A stretch of 64,000 bases of DNA from Terriglobia bacterium (GTDB taxonomy: Bacteria; Acidobacteriota; Polarisedimenticolia; Polarisedimenticolales; JAIQFR01). Location: contig CAWBOP010000029.1 of assembly GCA_963790465.1 (NCBI GenBank), forward strand, positions 10,503 to 74,502, in the 5' to 3' direction. This document shows, one piece after another, positions 52,521 through 63,994 of this stretch (position 1 is the stretch's first letter; each line of letters begins with the position of its first letter). The notes below the pieces were generated by a model. The model was not told where the DNA came from, ran no database searches, and saw nothing but the letters and a program-made list of their open reading frames with translations. The position numbers and the translations under genes were made by a program.

Positions 52521-53351
52521 TTATAGGCCGCGGCCGCCGGCACGGCCAAAGGAGCGGTCGTCCCGGAGCGTCCGAGCCCAAACCCCGACTCTTACCTCGG
52601 AGGCACCTTGCGACTTGAGAGCCGAGGCGCACGCTTCCGCGGTCGCGCCGGTCGTCATCACGTCGTCCACCAGCAGTACCCTGAGACCGCGCGCGCGAGG
52701 CGAAGCGCGAAACGCCGACCTCGTCGCGGCCCTTCTCCCTCGGACGTCGAGCCGCTTCGAGGCGCGCGCGCGAAAGAGCCGCCGGGTCAGAAGGCGGCCG
52801 CTGACGGGGAGCCCCAGCCCCGCGGCCACGGGGATCGCGATCTCGAGCGCGGCGTTGTAACCGCGGCGCAGCCGCGACCCGGCGTGCGCGGGCACGGGCG
52901 CCACGACATCGCAGCCGCGAGCGAACTCCGAGAGGCGGAGAACCTGAGCGAGCTGGCCGCCCAGCGCCCGCAGGACCTCGCGGCGCCCGCCGAACTTGGC
53001 GGCCAGGAGCATGCGGCGCGCCGTCCCGCCGTAGGCGACGGCCGCGCGCGCGGCATCGAAGGCGGGGGCCCGCCGGGCGCAGGCGGCGCACGTCCGGCGC
53101 TCGGCGGGGAGCAGATCGGTGGCGAGGGGCGCCGGCAGAGCGCACGACGGGCAGAGTGGCGCTCGCAGCGCCGTCATCTCCGCCCAGCATCCGAGGCAGG
53201 CGCCGAGCCGGTGCCGCGGGCCGAGCGGGCCGTGGCAGGCGAAGCAGCCGCCCGGGAAGAGAAACGAGAGCAGCGGGTGAGCCACCGCGCGATGGAAGCG
53301 CCTCGCGGCTCGAAGCCAGGCCGGAATGGACGCGGCAAACTCATCGTGCAA
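52521..53351 (-). CDS. comF: ComF family protein
   Basis: Double zinc ribbon, RRGYNAA, LLVDDVMTTGAT; start uncertain. Confidence 0.85.
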   Translation of the reverse strand: MHDEFAASIPAWLRAARRFHRAVAHPLLSFLFPGGCFACHGPLGPRHRLGACLGCWAEMTALRAPLCPSCALPAPLATDLLPAERRTCAACARRAPAFDAARAAVAYGGTARRMLLAAKFGGRREVLRALGGQLAQVLRLSEFARGCDVVAPVPAHAGSRLRRGYNAALEIAIPVAAGLGLPVSGRLLTRRLFRARASKRLDVRGRRAATRSAFRASPRARGLRVLLVDDVMTTGATAEACASALKSQGASEVRVGVWARTLRDDRSFGRAGGRGL

Positions 53352-53387
53352 CGGCGGCTCTCGAGAGGAGGCGGCGGGGGACCGGAA

Positions 53388-54758
53388 CTAGATTCGGGCG
53401 GTGTACACCGGCGCCGGAGGCAGCCCCAGTTCCTCGAGGGACAGCTCTTCCCGGAAATTGAGCTCGGTCGTGTTCCACTCCCCGCAGCCGGCGCAACGGT
53501 CGATCCACTCGATCGCGGTCTCGCCGCACGCTCGGCAACGGTACTCGAGCTCCACCAGCTCGGTGTCCTTGATCACCTTCCGATACTCGGCGGTGGCGTC
53601 GCGGAAATTCTTCCGCCGTTCGTGGATCCGGCCCAGGAGGTAGTGCAGCGTTGGCGCGTAGGACGCACGGCTCTCGAGCGACGAGAGAACGGCGAGCGCG
53701 TCGTCGAGCATCTCGAGCCGGAAATAGAGCTTGCCGAGGAAGAACCTCGCGAGCGTTTCCCGGCCGGTGCGGGAAGCGCACCGCTTGAGCGCCTCGATGG
53801 CGGCGAGAGGCTGCTCCCTTTGAAGAAAGTGGTCCTCGAGCAGGGTGAGGAATACCGGGTCGTTCGTGGACTCGAACGCGTGTTCCCAGGTCTCGACCGC
53901 CGCGGCGTCCTGCCCCTCCTGCCGCAGCGCTTCCCCGAGGAGCACGTGCGCGGGGATGAACCGGGGGGCGTCCTTCTGGAGTTTCCGGAGCGCGGCCGCG
54001 GCCTCCTTCGCGCGTCCGCCGCGGAGATGGTCCGCCGCCATCTCGTAGCGGATCCCCAGCCCGACGCGCGCGTCCACGGCATCGCGCGGGTCGCTCGCGT
54101 CGGAGTACTTCTCCACGCGTTCTTGCGCCTCGAGCGCCTTGCTCCAGCCGCGTTCCTTGATGTGGAGCGAGCGGAGCTTCCGCCAGGAGAGTACCGAGTG
54201 CTTCTTGAGGGCGATGATCTTCCCCAGGACCGCGCGCGCCCGGTCGAGATCCCCCTTGGCCTCGTGGTCTTCCACGAGGTCGTAGAGGGGGCGAGGGTCG
54301 TCCTCCTTCAGGTGGTGCGCCTTGCGGTGGTACTCGATCGCCTCGGCGTACTTCTCCTCGTGGCGGAGCACCTCGCCGATCTTCAGGAGCGTGTTGAAAT
54401 GCCGGCTGTCGCGTTCCAGAACGGCCCGGAAATGGCGAAGCGCCTCTTCTCGGCGCCCCTCGAGCACCGCGGTCAGGCCGCGCGTGTACTCTTCCTCGAT
54501 CTCCTCGACACTCTTCGTGGCCTTGCGGCGGCGAGACCGCTCGAGCAGCATGCCGGCCTCGCGAGTCACGCCCGCGAGCACCGTGATCGCGACGCCGACC
54601 AGCAGGAAGACGAGGAGCGTGAGGCCGACGGGAAGGCGGGCGTCGCCCCAGAACTGGAACGGCTGCTCGAGGACCTCGCGGTTCGACACGAACAGCGACG
54701 AGGCGGCGTAGACCACCGCCACCGCCAGCAAAATGAACAGGAAGGTCCGTATTCTCAT
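53388..54758 (-). CDS. LapA/LapB-like TPR membrane protein with C-terminal rubredoxin-like motif
   Basis: Two N-terminal TM segments, TPR helices, YRCRACG...CAGCGEWNT. Confidence 0.8.
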   Translation of the reverse strand: MRIRTFLFILLAVAVVYAASSLFVSNREVLEQPFQFWGDARLPVGLTLLVFLLVGVAITVLAGVTREAGMLLERSRRRKATKSVEEIEEEYTRGLTAVLEGRREEALRHFRAVLERDSRHFNTLLKIGEVLRHEEKYAEAIEYHRKAHHLKEDDPRPLYDLVEDHEAKGDLDRARAVLGKIIALKKHSVLSWRKLRSLHIKERGWSKALEAQERVEKYSDASDPRDAVDARVGLGIRYEMAADHLRGGRAKEAAAALRKLQKDAPRFIPAHVLLGEALRQEGQDAAAVETWEHAFESTNDPVFLTLLEDHFLQREQPLAAIEALKRCASRTGRETLARFFLGKLYFRLEMLDDALAVLSSLESRASYAPTLHYLLGRIHERRKNFRDATAEYRKVIKDTELVELEYRCRACGETAIEWIDRCAGCGEWNTTELNFREELSLEELGLPPAPVYTARI

Positions 54759-54852
54759 GAAATCGGTTCCGGGCCGGCAACGGGGCCCCGGTCGGGCCGT
54801 TCGCTCGAGACCGGGGGAAGATTAATGCACGGTCCGGTGTGCGTCAAGAACA

Positions 54853-55317
54853 CTACTTGTGGTACGGCACGCCGCGGAGGATCGTCACCGCGCGGTAGAG
54901 CTGCTCCGCGACGAGGACGCGCGCGATCTCGTGGGGGAACGTAAGCGGCGACAGCGACCAGACCCGGTCCGCCTCCTCGAGAACCGTCCGGTGAAGGCCG
55001 AGCGGTCCTCCCAGCAGAAACGTCGCCGAGGGGTTCCACCACCGCTCCACGGCTCGGGCCAGCTCGGCGCTTTCCATGAGGCGGCCGCCCCGGTCCAGCG
55101 CCAGGACCGTCCCCGTGCCGGGCAGCGCGGCACGGAGCGCCGCCCCCTCGCGTTCCCGCACGTGCTCCTCCGAGTATTTCCCCGCGATTCGGACCTCGGG
55201 CACGGAGCGCGCTTCGTAGTCCACGCCGAAACTGCGGATCCGCTGGGCGTAGAGGTCGTGGAGGGCCGTGGCGGAACGGTCGCGAGGCTTGCCGACGGAG
55301 AGCAGGACGAATTTCAA
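54853..55317 (-). CDS. rlmH: 23S rRNA pseudouridine-1915 methyltransferase
   Basis: SVGK, ALDRGG, GGPLG, SLSPLTFPHEIARVLVAEQLYRA, PYHK; TTG start. Confidence 0.92.
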   Translation of the reverse strand: MKFVLLSVGKPRDRSATALHDLYAQRIRSFGVDYEARSVPEVRIAGKYSEEHVREREGAALRAALPGTGTVLALDRGGRLMESAELARAVERWWNPSATFLLGGPLGLHRTVLEEADRVWSLSPLTFPHEIARVLVAEQLYRAVTILRGVPYHK

Positions 55318-56291
55318 TCGCCGGCCCCGCTCGCGGGTTCCGGGGAGGCGCTCCCGGGCGCGAGACGCCCCCCCCCGCGCAACCGCTCGTGCAGGGTCTT
55401 GCGGTGAATGCCGAGGATGCGCGCCGCGGCGGATTTGTTGCCGCGCGTCCGGCGGAGCACCTCGTCGATGTACGCGGACTCGAGCTCGCCGAGGGACATC
55501 CCGGCCGCCGCGGCGGAGCGCAGCCCGAGCGGGCTCGCCAGGGAGACGCTGGCCGGAAGGTCCGGCGCGGCGATCGTCTCCGCCCGCGCGAGGATCGCGG
55601 CGGCTTCGATCGCGTGGGCCAGCTCCCGGACGTTGCCGGGCCATGCGTGCCGGAGGAGAACCTCGAGCGCCTCCGGTCCGAGCCGCCGTGGAGGAAGGCG
55701 GTGGCGCGCCACCGCCTCCTCGAGGAGCGCCTCCGCCAGCACCGGAATGTCGGCGCGACGCTCGCGCAGCGGCGGGAGCGCCAGACGGACGACGTCGAGC
55801 CGGTAGAAGAGGTCCTCGCGGAGCCTCCCCGTCGCGACGAGGCGCGCGGGGTCCTCGCGGGTCGACGCGAAGATCCGGATGTCCACCTCGAGGGTGCGGA
55901 TCCCTCCGAGCCGCTCGAACCGCTTTTCCTCGATCGCGCGGAGCACCTTCGCCTGGACCCCGGGGTCCAGTTCCTGGATCTCGTCCAGGTACAGCGTCCC
56001 GCCGCTCGCGCGCTCGAACCGGCCCGAGCGCTCCTGATGCGCGTCGGTGAACGCTCCGCGCTCGTGTCCGAAGAGGTCGCTCTCGAGAAGTTCGGCCGGC
56101 AAGTTCGCGCAGGGGACCTCGACGAACGGGCCGGCGGACCGCGGGCTCCTCTCGTGGAGGAACGCCGCCAGACGGTTCTTCCCGGTGCCGGACTCGCCGG
56201 TCAGCAGAACGCTCGCCTCGGATCGGGCGGCGCGATCCGCCAGGTCGAGGAGGTGCCGGAAGGCGGGGTCCCGTGTGTCGAAGTCCGGCAC
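55314..56291 (-). CDS. Sigma54-dependent activator (AAA+ and Fis HTH, no sensory domain)
   Basis: GESGTGK, ESDLFGHERGAFTDA, LYLDEI, WPGNVREL, GNKSAAARILGI. Confidence 0.9.
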   Translation of the reverse strand: MPDFDTRDPAFRHLLDLADRAARSEASVLLTGESGTGKNRLAAFLHERSPRSAGPFVEVPCANLPAELLESDLFGHERGAFTDAHQERSGRFERASGGTLYLDEIQELDPGVQAKVLRAIEEKRFERLGGIRTLEVDIRIFASTREDPARLVATGRLREDLFYRLDVVRLALPPLRERRADIPVLAEALLEEAVARHRLPPRRLGPEALEVLLRHAWPGNVRELAHAIEAAAILARAETIAAPDLPASVSLASPLGLRSAAAAGMSLGELESAYIDEVLRRTRGNKSAAARILGIHRKTLHERLRGGGRLAPGSASPEPASGAGD

Positions 56292-56312
56292 CGCGTCTCT
56301 CCGGTCCGGCGA

Positions 56313-56728
56313 TCAGCCGGACTTCGGCGTGCGCCGCCGACGGGGGCGCACGGCGGCGGGCGCTTCGGCCGGCGACGGCTCGCCGGCTTCCCTGCCCGAC
56401 AGGGGAAGGAGCGGCGCATCGCCCCAGAGGCGCTCGAGCCCGTAGTAAGCGCGCTTTTCCTCGATGAAAACGTGCACGACGAAATCGATGTAGTCGAGCA
56501 GGATCCACTCGGCGACGCGACGCCCCTCGACGTGGCCCGGCTTGCGCTTCAGATCCTTCGCGAGCCGCTCCTCGATCCCGTCCGCGATCGAGAGGGCGTG
56601 GCGGCCGGAGGTCGCGTGGCAGATGACGAAATAATCGGTGAAGACCTTGAGGAGCCGCAGGTCGAGAACCACGAGACCTTCCGCTTTCTTGTCTTCCGCG
56701 GCCTCGATGCAGAGGGCGATTTCCCTGG

Positions 56729-56732
<4 letters not shown>
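56313..56732 (-). CDS. rsfS: Ribosome silencing factor
   Basis: DKKAEGLVVLDL, TDYFVIC, WILLDYIDFVVHVF, YYGLERLWGDAP; probable CTG start. Confidence 0.9.
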
Positions 56733-58515
<1,783 letters not shown>

Positions 58516-58696
58516 CTAGCCCGGATACTTCATGAAGAACCTACTGCGACCGCGTATCGCCCGCCCTGCTCGGCGTTCGGGCCTCGGACCCTCCACGTAC
58601 GGTACAGTACGCGTCGGGTCCTCGGTCCTGCGAGCGCCAAGCATGACGGGCATCTCCGCGGTCTCGCTACGGTTCTTCATGAATTATCCGGGCTAG
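58516..58696. repeat. MITE/REP-like element, 181 bp, 26-bp terminal inverted repeats ending in CTAG
   Basis: CTAGCCCGGATACTTCATGAAGAACC ... GGTTCTTCATGAATTATCCGGGCTAG (1 mismatch). Confidence 0.88.
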
Positions 58697-58737
58697 CTCG
58701 GCGGGCGAGCTTCCTGCGGGAAGGCCCTGAATACACG

Positions 58738-58766
58738 AAAGGCCGGTCCGGGTAGCCGGACCGGCC
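58738..58766 (-). terminator. Hairpin terminator after rplU-rpmA
   Basis: 11-bp stem GGCCGGTCCGG/CCGGACCGGCC followed by TTT on the minus strand. Confidence 0.6.
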
Positions 58767-58784
58767 CACGGAGTCGGCGAAGCG

Positions 58785-59042
58785 TCACTCGCCCGGGACG
58801 ATGCTGACGAACCGTCCGAGCCGGCCCCGGTCCTGGTACTTGACGAGCCCGGACGCCATGGCGAACAGCGTGTCGTCCTTGCCGCGGCCGACGTTCTCGC
58901 CGGCCTGGATCGGGGTGCCGCGCTGCCGCACGAGGATCGTGCCCCCGTGAACCCGTTCGCCGGCGAACCGCTTGACCCCGAGCCGCTGCGCGTTCGAGTC
59001 GCGGCCGTTACGAGAACTTCCACCCGCCTTTTTGTGAGCCAT
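58785..59042 (-). CDS. rpmA: 50S ribosomal protein L27
   Basis: [16 protein letters not shown]. Confidence 0.98.
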   Translation of the reverse strand: MAHKKAGGSSRNGRDSNAQRLGVKRFAGERVHGGTILVRQRGTPIQAGENVGRGKDDTLFAMASGLVKYQDRGRLGRFVSIVPGE

Positions 59043-59057
59043 GGCGACCTCCGGGAA

Positions 59058-59372
59058 TCAGGCTTCGATGGCGTCGATCTTGACCGCCGTGAAGCTCTGG
59101 CGGTGGCCCCAACGCTTGCGGTTGGAATTTTTCCTGTGCTTGAACAGGTAGCCGATCACCTTGGCGGTCCGCCCCTGGGCGACGACCGTCCCCATGACCC
59201 TGGCGCCGGTGACGGTGGGGGTTCCGATGCGGGCGGCTTCCCCTTCGCCGACCAGGAGCACGCGGTCGAAAACCACCGGCTCGCCGGCCTCCGTGGGAAG
59301 GGCCTCGACCTGCACGACGTCCCCCACCCGGACACGGTGCTGCTTACCGCCAGACTCGATCACGGCCATCAT
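59058..59372 (-). CDS. rplU: 50S ribosomal protein L21
   Basis: AVIESGGKQHRV...GHRQ. Confidence 0.96.
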   Translation of the reverse strand: MMAVIESGGKQHRVRVGDVVQVEALPTEAGEPVVFDRVLLVGEGEAARIGTPTVTGARVMGTVVAQGRTAKVIGYLFKHRKNSNRKRWGHRQSFTAVKIDAIEA

Positions 59373-59404
59373 GGATGGAACCTCCGAGAACATGCGAAAC
59401 CGAC

Positions 59405-59433
59405 ACTATAGACAGGGGTTCCGAGGGTGTCAA
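59405..59433 (-). promoter_or_regulatory. Sigma70 promoter of rplU
   Basis: TTGACA-17-TATAGT. Confidence 0.7.
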
Positions 59434-59447
59434 GGAACGCCTCGAGG

Positions 59448-60032
59448 CTACCGGCTGCGCAAGTCGAGCAGGACCGACTTGACGATCGCCTTCAAGGTGT
59501 CGAAGACGCCGAGGCCCCGGGTCGCCACGGCTTCGAAGACCGGCTCGTTCTTGATTCGAAGCGTCTGGGCCATCTGGGGGACCGGAACGGCGGTCGGAAG
59601 GTCGCGCTTGTTGAACTGGAGCACGTAGGGGACCTTCATGAGGTCGTACCCGTGCTCCTTGAGGTTTTCGGTCAGGTTGTGGATCGACTCCACGTTGGCG
59701 TCCATGCGGACCTCCTGCGAGTCCGCGACGAACACGACGCCGTCCACCCCCTTGAGGATCAGCTTCCGCGAGGCGTCGTAGAACACCTGGCCCGGGACGG
59801 TATAAAGGTGGAAGCGCGTCCTGAACCCGCGGATCGACCCGAACTCGATCGGAAGGAAGTCGAAGAAGAGGGTGCGATCGGTCTCGGTGGCCAGAGAGAT
59901 CAGCTTCCCCTTGGTGGCGTTCCCGGTCCGCTCGTACACGTACTGGATGTTCGTCGTCTTGCCGCCGAGGCCCGGGCCGTAGTAGACGATCTTGCAGTTG
60001 ATCTCTCGCGCGGCGTAGTTGATGAACGTCAT
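59448..60032 (-). CDS. mglA: MglA small GTPase
   Basis: [40 protein letters not shown]. Confidence 0.95.
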   Translation of the reverse strand: MTFINYAAREINCKIVYYGPGLGGKTTNIQYVYERTGNATKGKLISLATETDRTLFFDFLPIEFGSIRGFRTRFHLYTVPGQVFYDASRKLILKGVDGVVFVADSQEVRMDANVESIHNLTENLKEHGYDLMKVPYVLQFNKRDLPTAVPVPQMAQTLRIKNEPVFEAVATRGLGVFDTLKAIVKSVLLDLRSR

Positions 60033-60156
60033 GAATAAACCGCGAGTCGACGGTCGCACGTCGAAGTTGTCGCGCCCACCGCCGGCGGCCGACCGCCGGG
60101 CGCCGGAAGGCGGGAGGCGCTCGACCGGATACGGATGATACTACGTCCGCGCAAGG

Positions 60157-60651
60157 TCAACTGAAGAGGGCGTCGATGTCCTCGTCGGTGATCTCCGCAA
60201 AAGGGGAAATTCCCCCGAAGGCCGCGGTCATGTGCGTTTCGGATCGGGCGACGATCTCGTCCATGATCGCCCCGAGTTCGACGGAAGCCTTCTTCACCCG
60301 GAGCCTCACGAGTCCGAGCGACGACCTGAGGTCGAAGAGTACGAGCAGGATCGCCTTCCCCGATATCACGTTGATGTGCAGGTTGTCGTGCTCGCCTTCG
60401 TGAAAGAGGATCGAGAACTCGCGCTCCCCGATCAACCTCGCCAGGCCGTCGGTCGCCGCGACGTTTCCCGCCGTGAGCGAGGCGAGGGAGGTCGCGTCGA
60501 TGGCCGCCAGATCGCCGGACAGGGCGATGTGCTGGCCGTTCTTGTCCAGCAGGAAACACAGCTTCGAGTTGGCGTCCTGGCGCAACCGCTCCAGCACCGC
60601 GACGATCCGCGCGTGATCGGCCTCGAACAGCACGAAGTCGGTTGCGGACAT
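60157..60651 (-). CDS. mglB: MglB roadblock/LC7 GAP
   Basis: DKNGQ, SLASLTAGNVAAT, LFHEGE, SSLGLVRLRVKKA. Confidence 0.95.
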   Translation of the reverse strand: MSATDFVLFEADHARIVAVLERLRQDANSKLCFLLDKNGQHIALSGDLAAIDATSLASLTAGNVAATDGLARLIGEREFSILFHEGEHDNLHINVISGKAILLVLFDLRSSLGLVRLRVKKASVELGAIMDEIVARSETHMTAAFGGISPFAEITDEDIDALFS

Positions 60652-60761
60652 GGGACCGGCGAAGCCTCCTCCCCCGGCGTACCCACCGGGCTGCGACGTT
60701 AATCTAGCGCCCCCCCTCCGGCCGAGGCAAGTCGGTCCTCGCCGGTCGCCGCCATCGGGGG

Positions 60762-61361
60762 TCAGTACTCCCGGCGCCCCTCGAAGGCCCGGGCAAGGGT
60801 GAGGTCGTCCGTGAACTCGAGGTCGGCGCCGGCCGGGAGCCCCTGGGCGAGACGCGTCACGGCGACCCCCAGAGGCTTGAGCAAGCGCGACAGGTACACC
60901 GCGGTGGCCTCCCCCTCGACGTTCGGGTTCGTGGCCAGGACCACTTCGCCGAACCCTTCACCGCGGGTTCTCTCGATCAACTCCCGGATTCGCAGATCGT
61001 CCGGACCGATGTCCTTGAGCGGTGAAAGCGCCCCGCCGAGGACGTGATAGAGGCCGCGGAAAACGCCGGAGCGTTCGAGCGCCGAGAGGTTGGCGGGTTC
61101 CTCGACCACGCAGACGATGGAGCGCTCCCGTCGCGGGTCGGAGCAGATCGGGCAGAGTTCCCCCTCGGCGACGTTGAAACAGACGGTGCAGGAGCGCAGC
61201 CGGTCGTGCAATTCAACGAGCGCCGCCGCGAGGGCGGCGGCCTCCTCCCGGGGCGCGCGGAGAAGGTGGTACGCAAGGCGCTGCGCCGTCTTTCGGCCGA
61301 TGCCGGGCAGCCTGCCGAGCTCCGCGATCAGCCGCTCGAGAGGCGGCGGCAGCGATTCCAC
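60762..61361 (-). CDS. recR: Recombination protein RecR
   Basis: LPGIGRKTAQRLA, zinc finger, NPNVEGEATA. Confidence 0.96.
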   Translation of the reverse strand: MESLPPPLERLIAELGRLPGIGRKTAQRLAYHLLRAPREEAAALAAALVELHDRLRSCTVCFNVAEGELCPICSDPRRERSIVCVVEEPANLSALERSGVFRGLYHVLGGALSPLKDIGPDDLRIRELIERTRGEGFGEVVLATNPNVEGEATAVYLSRLLKPLGVAVTRLAQGLPAGADLEFTDDLTLARAFEGRREY

Positions 61362-61368
61362 GACCGCC

Positions 61369-61668
61369 TCACCGCATTCCGGGGATCTTGAGGCCCGCGG
61401 TCATCCCCTGCGTCAAGCGCTCGACTTCCGCGTCCACCTTGCGTCCCGCCTCGTTCACCGCCGCGAGCACGAGGTCCTCGACCATGCCCGGGTCGTCGGG
61501 AGTGATCGCCTCCGGAGCGAGGTGGATCGACACGAGATGCTTCTTCCCGTTCATTCGGGCGGTCACGACGCCGCCACCCGCGGTCGCCTCGACCTCCAGA
61601 GTGTCGACCTCCGTCTGCAGCCGTTCCTGCATCTTCTGCAGGTCTTTCATCATCTTTCCCAGGTTCAT
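61369..61668 (-). CDS. ybaB: YbaB/EbfC nucleoid-associated protein
   Basis: AGGGVV, EDLVLAAVNEA; dnaX-ybaB-recR synteny. Confidence 0.94.
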   Translation of the reverse strand: MNLGKMMKDLQKMQERLQTEVDTLEVEATAGGGVVTARMNGKKHLVSIHLAPEAITPDDPGMVEDLVLAAVNEAGRKVDAEVERLTQGMTAGLKIPGMR

Positions 61669-63467
61669 GAGGACTCCTCCGGTTCGCCGGTTCGAGGATC
61701 CGCGGACTCCGCCGGCAGCGCCGCCTCGAGCGGGCGGATCTCGATCACCTGTGCCCCGAACTCGGACAGGAGCCTGCGGATCCCCGGCTCCGACCGTGCC
61801 CGCTCGAGCAGCGAGCCACCGTCCTCGCCGGCGGCCGGCGGGTCGAGGGGGGCGACGGCCTTCAGGGAAGGAGCCGGCGCCGGAAAAGGCCGCGAGCGCG
61901 CGGGACCGTCGGCGAGCGCCGCGGCGACCCCCTCGATCCTCACGTCGGCGGCCCCGCCGAGCGCCTCGCGCGCAAAGCCGCGCAGCGTCGCGAGGTTCTC
62001 CTCGCGCTCGACGACGCGACGGATCGCGTCCAGCGTCGGCGGATACGCGACGACCAGCCGGCCGCCGTCCAGCGTGATCGCCGCGGCTTGCGCGATCGCG
62101 GCGCCGAGCATCCCGCCCGCCGCGCGCGCTGCCGCGCGGAAACGCTCCACCGGGTCCTGGTCCCGCGGCGAGAGAGGGGGCGCGGCGAAGGGGTCTGCAG
62201 CGGAGCGCGCCGGGGGTGGCGCGGGAGGTTGCCCGGCGACCGGCTCGCTCACCGCGGGGTCACGGAGCGTTTTTTTTTGAGGCGGCGCCTGGGGCGGGGG
62301 AGGCGGGGGGCCGGGGGGCCTCCGTTCGGGAGCACCGCCGGGCGCCAGCGCGGCCAGCAGCTCCTCGATCGGCCTCACCGCACCGAGGCTCGCGAGGCGC
62401 ACGAGCGCGGACTCGAACAGGAAACGGGGCTGGCTCGATCCGCGCAGCCCCGGCTCGAGATCGGCAAGGATCTGGAATGCCCGGGAAAGGTCTTCCCGCG
62501 ACAACCCCGCCGCGGCCTCGGTCAGGGCCGAGGCCTCCTCGTTTCCGCGGGTCAAGAGGTCCTCCCTGTCCGGCAGGGTCCTGAGAAGGATCAGATCGCG
62601 CAGCACCGCGATCATTTCCCCCCAGAAATGAACGAGATCGTGTCCTTCCTCGACGAGCGCGTCCAGCCCGGAGAGCATCGCCGCCGCGTCCCGCGATGCG
62701 AGAGCGCGAACCATCCCGACGAGCGTCTCGGTCCTCACCGCGCCCAGCACTTGCAGCGCCTGCTCATCCTCGACGGTGTCGCCGCAGAAGGCCAGCACGC
62801 GCTCGAGCACCGAGAGGGAGTCCCGCACCGATCCCTCGCCCGCCCGCGCGATCCGGTCGAGCGACCGGTCCGAGATGCGGACCGCTCCGGCGTCGCACAC
62901 GGTTCTGAGGTGCGCGGCGAGCTCGCGCGGGGCGACGCGCCGGAACTCGAACACCTGGCAGCGGGAGAGGATCGTCGGCAGGAGTTTCTGAAGTTCCGTG
63001 GTCGCGAGGACGAACACCACCCCCGGCGGGGGCTCCTCGAGCGTCTTGAGGAGCGCGTTGACCGCCGATTTGGAAAGCATGTGCGCTTCGTCGAGGATCA
63101 ATATCTTGTGCCGGTCCCGGACGGGCGCGTAGGCGACGACCTCCTGAAGCTCCCGGATGTCGTCCACGCCGGTCCGGGAGGCGGCGTCCATCTCGAGCAC
63201 GTCCATCGATCGCCCCTCGGCGATCTCGCGGCAGGGTGCGCACTCGCCGCACGGGGTCGGGGTCGGTCCGCTCTCGCAGTTGAGGCACTTCGCGAGTATG
63301 CGGGCGACGGTGGTCTTGCCCGTCCCGCGGATTCCGGCGAAGACGAAAGCGTGCGCCAGACGGTTGGCTTCGATGGCGTTCCGGAGAGTCCGGGCGACGT
63401 GCTGCTGGCCGATCAGTTCTTCGAGCCTCTGGGGCCGCCACTTACGCGCCAGGACCTGGTACGTCAC
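61665..63467 (-). CDS. dnaX: DNA polymerase III subunit gamma/tau
   Basis: YQVLARKWRP, GIRGTGKTT, DEAHML, NALLKTLEEPP, SRC. Confidence 0.96.
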   Translation of the reverse strand: MTYQVLARKWRPQRLEELIGQQHVARTLRNAIEANRLAHAFVFAGIRGTGKTTVARILAKCLNCESGPTPTPCGECAPCREIAEGRSMDVLEMDAASRTGVDDIRELQEVVAYAPVRDRHKILILDEAHMLSKSAVNALLKTLEEPPPGVVFVLATTELQKLLPTILSRCQVFEFRRVAPRELAAHLRTVCDAGAVRISDRSLDRIARAGEGSVRDSLSVLERVLAFCGDTVEDEQALQVLGAVRTETLVGMVRALASRDAAAMLSGLDALVEEGHDLVHFWGEMIAVLRDLILLRTLPDREDLLTRGNEEASALTEAAAGLSREDLSRAFQILADLEPGLRGSSQPRFLFESALVRLASLGAVRPIEELLAALAPGGAPERRPPGPPPPPPQAPPQKKTLRDPAVSEPVAGQPPAPPPARSAADPFAAPPLSPRDQDPVERFRAAARAAGGMLGAAIAQAAAITLDGGRLVVAYPPTLDAIRRVVEREENLATLRGFAREALGGAADVRIEGVAAALADGPARSRPFPAPAPSLKAVAPLDPPAAGEDGGSLLERARSEPGIRRLLSEFGAQVIEIRPLEAALPAESADPRTGEPEESS

Positions 63468-63594
63468 GACATCCCGTCCCAACCGGCCGCATCGGCGGCC
63501 GAGCGTCCAGGGCAAGGGACCGAAAACCGGGTGAGGAGCGTCAGGTCGCCCGCTCCCGCTCCGGTCTCCGGCCCCCGCCTCCGGCCCCTCTGAT

Positions 63595-63697
63595 GGGGCC
63601 CAAGTTGACCTGCGGCACCTGCGGCCGCCCGCTTACCGTTGCTCCCTTCCGGGCCTGGCGGGGTTCACGGAACCGCAGTGCACAGGGCTCGGGCCCC
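63595..63697 (-). ncRNA. ffs: Signal recognition particle RNA (4.5S)
   Basis: GCCAGG-CCCGGAAGGG-AGCAAC domain IV motif; GGGGCCC/GGGCCCC closing stem; upstream of dnaX. Confidence 0.92.
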
Positions 63698-63726
63698 GCA
63701 ACTTTTCGTCGTCGAGTCTCACGTAT

Positions 63727-63816
63727 TGGCGGAGAGAGTGGGATTCGAACCCACGGTACGGTTTCCCGTACACACGCTTTCCAAGCGTGCACCTTCAGCC
63801 ACTCGGTCATCTCTCC
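63727..63816 (-). tRNA. tRNA-Ser(GGA)
   Basis: Cloverleaf, anticodon loop TT-GGA-AA, long variable arm, GTTCGAATC, 3' GCCA. Confidence 0.95.
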
Positions 63817-63901
63817 GCAACGGCTCCGGCGAATCGGGCTTCGCCGCTTTGGGGCCGGCGTGTCACGACCGGCCGCCGAGACTCGACTCGTCAAAACATC
63901 C

Positions 63902-63994
63902 TGGCGGAGAGGGTGGGATTCGAACCCACGTGCCTCCTCACGGAGACAAAGCGCTTTCGAGGCGCCCCCGTTACGACCACTTCGGTACCTCTCC
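63902..63994 (-). tRNA. tRNA-Ser(CGA)
   Basis: Anticodon loop CT-CGA-AA, long variable arm, GTTCGAATC, 3' GCCA. Confidence 0.95.

Noticed and set aside
63727-63994. Long-variable-arm tRNAs as tRNA-Sec
   Set aside because: Anticodons are GGA and CGA with 7-bp acceptor stems: ordinary tRNA-Ser.
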